In this document: one piece after another, positions 56,730 through 64,000 of the stretch
Position numbering within the stretch: the stretch's first letter is position 1
How the letters are laid out: each line of letters opens with the position of its first letter
DNA from: Candidatus Bathyarchaeota archaeon
GTDB taxonomy: Archaea; Thermoproteota; Bathyarchaeia; Bathyarchaeales; Bathycorpusculaceae
Length of the DNA stretch: 64,000 bases
Direction of reading: 5' to 3'
Assembly: GCA_963707955.1 (NCBI GenBank)
Contig: OY970176.1
Coordinates: forward strand, 1,979,013-2,043,012
The notes under the pieces: generated by a model
What the model was told of the DNA's origin: nothing
Database searches by the model: none
The model's input: the letters and a program-made list of their open reading frames with translations, nothing else
Translations under genes and position numbers: made by a program

Positions 56730-56885
56730 CTATTGCAAAATGCATTCTTTTCCATATTCTACTATCTCGACGCCATTACAGTAGTTCTTGAACAGTTGCG
56801 GGTTTTCAGTGTGCACCGGAAAGATCCGCTCAGGTTGGATGTAGTTGATCAAATCTACTAGCTGCTCTTTGTTTAGGTGTCCTAG
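56730..56885 (-). pseudogene. C-terminal fragment of a metallo-beta-lactamase/beta-CASP-type protein
   Basis: LGHLNKEQLVDLINYIQPERIFPVHTENPQLF (GH...PVH(G/T)E pattern). Truncated exactly at the (GC)4 tract 56885-56892. Confidence 0.45.
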
Positions 56886-56942
56886 CGCGCGCTGTAATAA
56901 CTTTTTTGCTATAAAATGTTATGCGTCGTCTATGCGTCGTTT

Positions 56943-56972
56943 GGGTTTGGGGATAAAACTTTACCCCAAACC
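56943..56972. repeat. perfect 9-bp stem hairpin around the conserved core GATAAAACTTTACCCC
   Basis: GGTTTGGGG (56944-56952), ATAAAACTTTA, CCCCAAACC (56964-56972). Related copies of the core at 54851-54866 and 54093-54107. Confidence 0.7.
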
Positions 56973-57141
56973 GCGGGCGCCGCGCACTCATTGACAAGGG
57001 CTTGACATCAAGCTTGCGCTTATGTTACTTGATGAAAGCTAAATCCTTCGGCAAGGCGTGTTCTTAACATGTTCGGCTTCCATCAGGTCCATGGTTTCGC
57101 CGTTTGTCTTGAACAGCTGCCGACAGAAGCTAGGAGCGACC

Positions 57142-57603
57142 TTACAAGTCTCCCTTTGCGATGTGAGACATCTCGTGTTCTAAAATTTTGTCAAGAGCGT
57201 GATAAGGATTCTCCCTGATCAAGATAACATAATCCAAATCGACGAATCCTTCAGCGTTAAGAACACAGGCGTCAGTACCCTTGACCGACAACAGCCTTCC
57301 CCATTCCTGTACCTCTCTTATCTCATCCTCTCTGCACCTTCTTGACTTTAGGATATGTTCAAAGTCGCGTTCTTCAAGCTGAAACGCAGCCACCTTCGGA
57401 AACGGTTTCGTCGTGAGCGTATTCCATATTGAGACTAGTCTGTTTCCAGGGATCACCTCCCCTCTGACCCTCATACCTTCAAATGTGAACGCAACTGACA
57501 TTAAATCTTCCACCTGGCGATGACGAGCCACTATTAGCTTTCGCAATCCCCAAAGGGATTGATCGACGCCCATGCTATGAACTGAGTAACTTTCCTCTAA
57601 CAT
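57142..57603 (-). CDS. hypothetical protein with C-terminal HExxH motif
   Basis: ILEHEMSHIAKGDL at the extreme C-terminus. Possibly a truncated metallopeptidase. Confidence 0.5.
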   Translation of the reverse strand: MLEESYSVHSMGVDQSLWGLRKLIVARHRQVEDLMSVAFTFEGMRVRGEVIPGNRLVSIWNTLTTKPFPKVAAFQLEERDFEHILKSRRCREDEIREVQEWGRLLSVKGTDACVLNAEGFVDLDYVILIRENPYHALDKILEHEMSHIAKGDL

Positions 57604-57879
57604 TTCTACATTTCGCCAGATAATGACCGAATCGAAGCAGCGCGCGCTATTGAAAGTGTAGGAAAAGCTTTAGCACGCGCGTCCATTAGACTATATAATA
57701 GGGTGGCCTCCTTTACTTATCAAGAAGACAGAGATTGTTCAACCACATCTCTGACACAATAGTCGTAAGAGTTCCAAGATAGCGTGGACATTATAATGTT
57801 TCGAAGCTGAACTGTTTTTTCACCGCTCAATTCTGCAGGGGACTGCTCTTGCTTCGAGCTCAAACCAAACCTTTCGTAG

Positions 57880-58212
57880 CTATCTTTTGTGTCGTTCGAT
57901 TCTTTCGTGTTTCTGCGTTTTCCTGCGCCATTCTCGTTTTTTCTGTGTTTTTATGAGAGTTCTACCGTGATATTGCTGAGTGTCTTCCGTCCTGTACTGA
58001 CTTATATTTCTGTAGAAGGTCGGGTAGTCTATCTCATTTTTCTGAAGAGCAGTAATGTTCTGGTTCAACTGTTTCTTGGTTTCAGCGCTGGTGGCCTTGT
58101 CATAAGTGGTCGAGTACGTAAGATAGGCAGCATGGAACTGAAAGTCAGACGGGTTGTCGATCAACAACTTCTCCGGCGAAGCTGATTCCTTAGCACCAGG
58201 TTCTTCGATCAT
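57880..58212 (-). CDS. hypothetical protein with basic tail
   Basis: 110-aa ORF. No recognisable motif. Confidence 0.4.
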   Translation of the reverse strand: MIEEPGAKESASPEKLLIDNPSDFQFHAAYLTYSTTYDKATSAETKKQLNQNITALQKNEIDYPTFYRNISQYRTEDTQQYHGRTLIKTQKKREWRRKTQKHERIERHKR

Positions 58213-58506
58213 GGTTCTCCAAGCTTACTGATAGTTCCGAATACTGCGTCTGCTTTTTAAGGATAACGCACGTTAACGAAGCAAGCTACACAGCGTGTGA
58301 CTAGGACCCAAGCATTCTACGTTAGAAATGCAGGACGTTGAGAATACAAACAAGAACACAGCACGCAGCGCTGGCGCGCGCGACAGGCGTGTTAGACGGG
58401 CGAAAACGCGAAACACGGGGACATCAATGCACGCCGAAGATCGGCAAAACCTCGCAGCATCGAGAGAGAAAAAAGAGAAAAAAGAGATATTATGTTGTTA
58501 GCAAGC

Positions 58507-58671
58507 CTAGATCTTTCTCTTGCCCAGAGTTGACCTGAAAGACTTTCCGCAGTGTTCGAAGAGTCCGATCGTGAGCTCCGTCTTCTTGCCGGCTTTGTCA
58601 GCTCTGCCTGCCATCTTCCAAGTCTTCTTAGGAGTGCTAACTTCCTTTCCACATACGGGACATTTAGCCAT
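58507..58671 (-). CDS. small zinc-ribbon protein (54 aa)
   Basis: MAKCPVCGKEVSTPKKTWKMAGR...GLFEHCGKSF. The longer listed ORFs are upstream extensions or an alternative frame. Confidence 0.6.
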   Translation of the reverse strand: MAKCPVCGKEVSTPKKTWKMAGRADKAGKKTELTIGLFEHCGKSFRSTLGKRKI

Positions 58672-58763
58672 GGAAATCCCTTTTGAATGATTACATGCCA
58701 TGAGCATAAAACACTTTCCATTGCTCGCTAACCCCGACCTATTCCAACGAGCCCACATGGTCT

Positions 58764-59516
58764 TCACTTTTTCGGCCGAATCTCTCCGGCAAACTCTGGA
58801 AAAACCCTGCACAATTCACAAATGTCCTTGACTATTAAGTCCGGTTTCGTGTGACTTTCACGTAGGTTCTCAAGAGTGTAGAACTGTGAGGGGACAAAAA
58901 TCGTTCCCATCCCAGCCGCAGCTCCGCCTCCTATGTCTTCAACCGGGCTGTCCCCAACGTAAACCGTCTCTTCAGCCTTCACTCCTAGTCTCCGCAACGC
59001 TTCTTGAAAGATCCTCCTGTTAGGCTTACGCCAGCCAACGTCTTCCGACACTAAGACAGCACTGAAGAACCTGTTCACGCCCAGTTTTCTCAAGGCAGCG
59101 TAGATCACCGGTGCATACGTGAAGTTGGAGATCAAACCCAACTTGTAGCGCTTCGAAAGTCGGACTGACATCCGCCTCGCGCAAGGGTTCAGCTCAAGCG
59201 AAGTCAAATAGTCCTCAAAGAAAACGTTAACCGCCGTTTTCACACGTGCGTCCGCTGGACTCGTTTTGAACTCCAGACAGTTCAGCGCGTCCGAGATCCA
59301 GACGCCGTTTGTGACCTCAATAAGCTCTTCATAGCGTATCAAACGGTATTTTTCGTGCGCACGGCTGTACGCGCTGAGAAAGTCTTCTTTATCCACGCTG
59401 AAGCCCGCTTCAACTATTGCTTTGTACAGCTTCAGCGTCGAAGCTTCCAGACTGTAGTTCTTGACGCTGGTCAAAGTGCCGATGAAGTCGAAGACGACCG
59501 CTTTGATGTCAGCCAA
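58764..59516 (-). CDS. HAD superfamily hydrolase
   Basis: AVVFDFIGTL (DxD-type motif I), LISNF (motif II), YVGDSPVEDI (motif IV). Confidence 0.85.
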   Translation of the reverse strand: MADIKAVVFDFIGTLTSVKNYSLEASTLKLYKAIVEAGFSVDKEDFLSAYSRAHEKYRLIRYEELIEVTNGVWISDALNCLEFKTSPADARVKTAVNVFFEDYLTSLELNPCARRMSVRLSKRYKLGLISNFTYAPVIYAALRKLGVNRFFSAVLVSEDVGWRKPNRRIFQEALRRLGVKAEETVYVGDSPVEDIGGGAAAGMGTIFVPSQFYTLENLRESHTKPDLIVKDICELCRVFPEFAGEIRPKK

Positions 59517-59625
59517 TTCTCAGTCCTTCTTCGCTTGGGAGGCTACTAACGCCCATGAAATGCCGATTCTCAAATAATAAAATTCTCCCATAGACAGCAC
59601 TGAGTAGACGACAAACCTTCGTGAA

Positions 59626-60309
59626 TCATTCAGGACCACGCTTCGGCTTCAACTGGCCATCCTGCATCGTGTAAACAAGGTCTGCCGCGTCGACTATCTT
59701 TTCATCATGCGTAGCCACCACCACCGTCGTCTTCTCTCGTTCATTGATGTCCTGAAGAAGACTGATGATTTCTTTAGCCGTTGCTGAGTCAAGTTCCCCT
59801 GTGGGTTCGTCGGCGATGATTATTTCGGGCTTGTTCGCGAGAGCCCTTGCTATCGCCACACGTTGCATCTCGCCCATACTCAACTGTTTGGGCCTGTGGT
59901 CCTGTCTGCGTGCCAGTCCCACGGTCTCAAGAAGCTTCATTGCTCTTTCCCGCTGCTCTTTTTGGGACTTGTCGACCAGTGCCATAGGCAACTCAACGTT
60001 CTCCAAAGCGCTGAGCGTGGGAAAAAGATTGAAAGTTTGAAAAACGAACCCGATACGCGCACTGCGGATCTTTCTGCGCTTACTGCCAGATAGTTGTGAG
60101 GTGTCAGAATCATCGATGAAGACTTCCCCAGAAGTTGGATAATCATTCAGTCCGATGAGATTCAGCAGTGTAGATTTACCTGAGCCCGACGGTCCGATGA
60201 CGGTGACCAGCTTTGGTTCATTGATTTGCAAGTTCACAGCTTTGACGGCTGTTATTTCGGATGAGCCTACTCGAAACGATCTTGTCAGGTTCACCGTTCG
60301 GATCTTCAT
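59626..60309 (-). CDS. ABC transporter ATP-binding protein (MacB/LolD-like)
   Basis: GPSGSGKST, LSMGEMQRVAIARAL, IIIADEPTGELD. ATG 60309 (MKIRTVNL) shares its A with the permease stop. Confidence 0.9.
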   Translation of the reverse strand: MKIRTVNLTRSFRVGSSEITAVKAVNLQINEPKLVTVIGPSGSGKSTLLNLIGLNDYPTSGEVFIDDSDTSQLSGSKRRKIRSARIGFVFQTFNLFPTLSALENVELPMALVDKSQKEQRERAMKLLETVGLARRQDHRPKQLSMGEMQRVAIARALANKPEIIIADEPTGELDSATAKEIISLLQDINEREKTTVVVATHDEKIVDAADLVYTMQDGQLKPKRGPE

Positions 60310-61487
60310 CAGTATTCCGCTCTTAGAACTTCGGCTATCCTCATCCTCATGGCGTTTGCCGCAGGAATTACCCCACCGACGCAGCATATGCCGACGATAG
60401 CTGCAAACATTTCCAACATGTAAAGCGGTGGCACGATCTCAAAGATGCTGGGAAAGAAAAGTGCAATGGGAATGCTCGTGTAGAGGCTTGCCAAAACGAT
60501 GGCTCCCAGTGAACCGAAGGCTATTCCGATAACGCCGCCTAGCACACCGATCAGGGAAGTCTCTATGATTACCACTCGAAACACGTAGCTCGCCGGAGCT
60601 CCCATAGCATCTAGGGTTGCAAAGTCGCGGCGCCTCTCCGACACACTCATGACCGTGACAGTCATGACTAGGATCAGGCTGATGGTGAAGACGACTGCTT
60701 CGGTGCCGATGGTCCAAGTCTGCAGCTGCTCCAGAATGGGCTGAATGATATCGTTCCTCTGAGTCTCCGTCAAAGCATTGACGTAATCTATTTTTTTATC
60801 AATGGCCTCGGTCAAGTTCTGCTCGGGCACGTTTTGAACAGGTTTGACCGCAATTATGTTTACCATTTGCGGATAATCGTAAACGCTTTGCGCCAGTTTG
60901 AGAGGCATGACCAAACAGCGATTCAACAGGGCCATCTTCGTGTCCAAAACGCCAGAAACGCGTAACCCGTAGCCGTTCAGTTCTATCACCGTGCCCACAG
61001 TCCAACCATATTGATCCGCTATAGAAGCGCCGGCCACGATTTCGCTGCTTGAATCGTTTGCCGGAAGATGTCCGTTTCCCCTCAGCGCTATGGGTCCAAG
61101 TGCAAGCTCCCAATCTTCAACGGGGATTCCCATCGTAAAGTTTACGGGCACAGGCTGAAGCAGCGCCTGAGATCCAACCGATGTGATAAACAGCACTGGA
61201 GTCACGGCACTCACCCCTGGAATACCGTTTATTTCTTCAACTGTTTGTTCTTGGGGCAACATGCCGCCGCCGATGGGAATCGCCTGAATCACGATAGCAT
61301 CTTTGCTCACCACCGTGACTTGGCCATTGAAAAGCACGTCCATCTCTTGTATCACCGTTGCATATCGCATGCTGGTGGCGCCAACGGCGATCACGAATGT
61401 TGCCGCAATCGCAACCCCTAGGATGCACAGTGCTGTTCTAATTTTTCTTCGAAAGAGATTTCTGAAGCAGAACGTAAGTAGCCGCGT
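60309..61487 (-). CDS. ABC transporter permease (FtsX/MacB-type)
   Basis: The open frame extends upstream of the listed GTG 61394 through FRNLFRRKIRTALCILGVAIAATFVIAVGATS (the family-typical N-terminus and TM1). It reaches an ACG at 61487, just after a TAA. There is no canonical start in between. Confidence 0.75.
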   Translation of the reverse strand, partial: TRLLTFCFRNLFRRKIRTALCILGVAIAATFVIAVGATSMRYATVIQEMDVLFNGQVTVVSKDAIVIQAIPIGGGMLPQEQTVEEINGIPGVSAVTPVLFITSVGSQALLQPVPVNFTMGIPVEDWELALGPIALRGNGHLPANDSSSEIVAGASIADQYGWTVGTVIELNGYGLRVSGVLDTKMALLNRCLVMPLKLAQSVYDYPQMVNIIAVKPVQNVPEQNLTEAIDKKIDYVNALTETQRNDIIQPILEQLQTWTIGTEAVVFTISLILVMTVTVMSVSERRRDFATLDAMGAPASYVFRVVIIETSLIGVLGGVIGIAFGSLGAIVLASLYTSIPIALFFPSIFEIVPPLYMLEMFAAIVGICCVGGVIPAANAMRMRIAEVLRAEY

Positions 61488-61585
61488 TTACGATCCCCTA
61501 GGCGGTTAGTCTCGCGTGAAAACTATATAAGCATTGACAACGGATGATTATGCCGCTAAGTGAAAATTGAAATGGAGAAAAGAAA

Positions 61586-64000
61586 ATGAAAATTACTAAG
61601 AAAATCTTGAGTTCAACGGCTTTGTTTCTCTTGTTGATTTCAACATTCACAGTGATATCTAGATCATACGTAGCTGCGCGCGATATGCCTGAAGCAACCT
61701 TGACTGGCACCATTTTTGACCATGGTGTTGACACTAATGGCAACGGCCTGTATGATTACTTAGAGGTCGATGTGGAAATCAACGTGACTGTTGCAGGAAA
61801 CTTTCAGGTGACAATCAGTGGGCTTTTCGACCAGTCTTTTAACTACATATCCGTCTATAATAGTAATCAAGGCGACCTTGCCGCTGGCATTCAATATCTA
61901 AACGTGTCCTTGTTCGGTCCAGCTATTTTCAGCTCTGGCTTAAATCCACAAGAAATCAGTTATATCACGTTATACACGGGATCCTACATTCTAGGCTATA
62001 TGTACGACGTACAATTGTCGAGAGTCTACAACTTTTCTGAATTTGATCCTCCTGGTGCCCTCTTGACGGGACACATTTCGGACATGGGCGTTGACACTGA
62101 TGGCGACCACCTCTTCAATTATCTTGCAGTCGGAGTAGAAATCAACGTGACGGGAGCTGGAGAATACCAGGTCAGTGCCGAGGGGTTAATGGAAGACCCT
62201 GTAACCGTGACGAAATCCTTGATCGATTACGAGTCTGAAACTGGAAACTTTACTGTCGGCCTTCACACGGTTTACCTGAATTTTTCAGGTCCAGAAATCG
62301 CTTTTGACCAGTTGAACCCGAACGAGCTATACTTCATAAACGTATACGATGTCTTAAATAACTATTTGACAAGCCACCTTGATTCTGCACCTCTTTCGAT
62401 GCGGTACAACTACACACTTTTCAACGCGCCTTCAAGAGACATTCAACTCAACTTCAAAGTCTATCCAAACGCCACGGTCGCAGTGGACGGAGCATTCAAC
62501 TACACACACATGTACCCAGAGAACACGTCCGTGTCACAAATGAACGCCACAATGGGCTTTTCAACGAGCGGGAACGTGACAACAGAGACATCCAGCGGCA
62601 CCGTGGTTCTTCCAAACAACCCATCTTTCAACTACAACGCAACTGAAGCACACGCCCGCTCATCATACGAGAATGGGGTCGAAAGCGACACTCTCAACGA
62701 CTCGACGATCTTGCCTCCGGAAGTGGCTGGGATCTACCCGTTCAACACAACGGACGCTAGTCTTACCGCTGCATATAATCACGGCCTGTTTGACGTGGCC
62801 ATCACAGGGTCAACGGTGATGCCCAGCAGTTACACTAGCTCCATTTTCGGCACCATGTACAGCACTATTCTTCCACTTAACATGTCCGACGTCACGGTTC
62901 GCGCAGATTTCGACGGAACAAACGTCATAGGAAACATCACTTTCCACGCGATCGGAGGATTTCCACTTGCCGACGTCAGGCTAGACTTCAGCGGCAACAG
63001 AAGCAACCTCTCCTTCACAGGCGACGTCAACGTCACTTATGGGAACTATAACGGTGTTGAAATAAACGAAACCACGATAGACCAAGCGCTCACCATATTT
63101 GACAACTTCACTGGACAAGGGCCGGGTTCCCTCTACAACATGACTGGGGGTTATCTGGAATGCACGCAGGTGAGCGTCACCAAAATTCCATGGTCAGACC
63201 CAACGCTTGGCGCAGACATCACGTTCAGCGCTACCGTCAACGGAAGCTTCACAGGAGCTATAGCCTACATGGTATTTCCGCCGGGGCTTACAGATGATTA
63301 TCTGCAGAATTTAGCACACGCCTCCTTGGAGTCAGCGGCCTCTTCGGTTAGAAACGCTTCTTTAACACTCAACTATTATCATAGCTCAGGAATCGCAGAC
63401 GTAGACATACGATTGACGAGTGATGTGCAAGGCCTGTGCAACAGCCTTCTTGTCTCGGTGCCCCCCGCGATACCTAGTCCTTGGGCTTCATATGAAACGC
63501 AGATCGAAACTTGGCTTAAGATCGCAAACGCCACGGCCCACGAGCTTACGAGTGCAGGTTTGAACGCGTCCTATTCGAGCGCCGAAGGGAAGATTTCTCT
63601 TAACGCGTGGCTCTCAGCCAATGCAAGGCAGCTTAAGAACGACATCCTTTCATTTTTGCCAGATGCGGTGCCGTCAAGCATGCATGACCTCTTCGAATCC
63701 TTCTTCAACGCAACGCCTTACTGCACCTTGTCTTCTTCAACTGAAACGTTCGATATGGTTAATGGAGTGGCGACCTTTGGTTCAACCGAGACTCTTCAGG
63801 GCGATTTCGAAGCTGAACTGAACCGCGACAAGAGTTTCTTGTTGGAAGCAACGAGTTCATTGTTACTTTCAGCGCCACCTTCAGCGCCATTGCCATGGGA
63901 GCTTAATCTGCTCAACGAGACTGACATAGACATCAACAACTTCCAAGCACAATTCAAGGTTGGACAAGACTCGATTAACGGGAGCTTCAGCGGGCTGATT
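61586..64000 (+). CDS. large secreted protein with two tandem ~120-aa N-terminal domains; 3' end runs off the window
   Basis: ATG 61586 lies 9 nt after GGAG. Signal peptide MKITKKILSSTALFLLLISTFTVISRSYVAA. The frame stays open to the window end, which is why it is absent from the ORF track. Confidence 0.75.
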   Translation, partial: MKITKKILSSTALFLLLISTFTVISRSYVAARDMPEATLTGTIFDHGVDTNGNGLYDYLEVDVEINVTVAGNFQVTISGLFDQSFNYISVYNSNQGDLAAGIQYLNVSLFGPAIFSSGLNPQEISYITLYTGSYILGYMYDVQLSRVYNFSEFDPPGALLTGHISDMGVDTDGDHLFNYLAVGVEINVTGAGEYQVSAEGLMEDPVTVTKSLIDYESETGNFTVGLHTVYLNFSGPEIAFDQLNPNELYFINVYDVLNNYLTSHLDSAPLSMRYNYTLFNAPSRDIQLNFKVYPNATVAVDGAFNYTHMYPENTSVSQMNATMGFSTSGNVTTETSSGTVVLPNNPSFNYNATEAHARSSYENGVESDTLNDSTILPPEVAGIYPFNTTDASLTAAYNHGLFDVAITGSTVMPSSYTSSIFGTMYSTILPLNMSDVTVRADFDGTNVIGNITFHAIGGFPLADVRLDFSGNRSNLSFTGDVNVTYGNYNGVEINETTIDQALTIFDNFTGQGPGSLYNMTGGYLECTQVSVTKIPWSDPTLGADITFSATVNGSFTGAIAYMVFPPGLTDDYLQNLAHASLESAASSVRNASLTLNYYHSSGIADVDIRLTSDVQGLCNSLLVSVPPAIPSPWASYETQIETWLKIANATAHELTSAGLNASYSSAEGKISLNAWLSANARQLKNDILSFLPDAVPSSMHDLFESFFNATPYCTLSSSTETFDMVNGVATFGSTETLQGDFEAELNRDKSFLLEATSSLLLSAPPSAPLPWELNLLNETDIDINNFQAQFKVGQDSINGSFSGLI

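Noticed and set aside
1-64000. CRISPR array or rRNA genes
   Set aside because: I saw no regularly spaced 24-40-nt direct repeats and no rRNA-like conserved segments on reading both strands. The only cas-related signal is the Cas1 fragment.

Overview
Archaeal chromosomal window. Evidence: ribosomal proteins eL15 and eL13, RNase P protein subunits Rpp30 and Pop5, intron-containing tRNAs, class III (prepilin-type) signal peptides, an XPB-Bax1 pair, geranylgeranyl reductase and CofE. eL13 and a non-canonical tRNA intron suggest a TACK/Bathyarchaeia-like lineage, but that cannot be proven from this window.

Layout:
(1) 1-16 kb, minus strand: phosphohexomutase, then a type IV pilus-like operon. It holds a FlaI/PilB-type ATPase, a FlaJ/TadC-type membrane protein, six or seven pilin-like or giant sequon-rich proteins and an A24 prepilin peptidase. 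A beta-helix/PKD/Ig-repeat adhesin follows.
(2) 16-29.5 kb: cofE, a roughly 1080-aa secreted protein, a GT2/GT-C/GT2 glycosylation cluster, an S2P protease, geranylgeranyl reductase and an orphan archaeal ATPase.
(3) 29.8-32.2 kb: rpl15e-rpl13e-UPF0201-Rpp30-Pop5.
(4) 33.5-36.9 kb: a tightly coupled three-gene unit. It holds a Zn-ribbon membrane protein, a DUF2207-like membrane protein ending in a (Cys-X)n tail, and a radical SAM/SPASM enzyme with a PqqD-like N-terminus. I consider this the best candidate for an undescribed system.
(5) 37-47.6 kb: tRNA-Val, tRNA-Phe and tRNA-Gly, an ArsR-like/Hsp20 operon, a PQQ-propeller/C39-like/CARDB/dockerin protein, and XPB-Bax1.
(6) 47.6-58.4 kb: a visibly A+T-richer accessory island. 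It holds a Cas1 remnant, a 3.1-kb cargo-carrying IS-like transposon with inverted repeats and a 9-bp target duplication, tandem GNAT genes separated by a repeated intergenic module, G-depleted ncRNA-like repeats, and gene fragments joined at alternating-GC tracts.
(7) 58.5-64 kb: HAD hydrolase, a MacB-type ABC pair and a large secreted protein that runs off the window.

Five extracellular-protein genes carry frame disruptions. Two of these have slipped-strand signatures: a 7-bp tandem duplication and a C7 homopolymer. No CRISPR array and no rRNA gene were seen.
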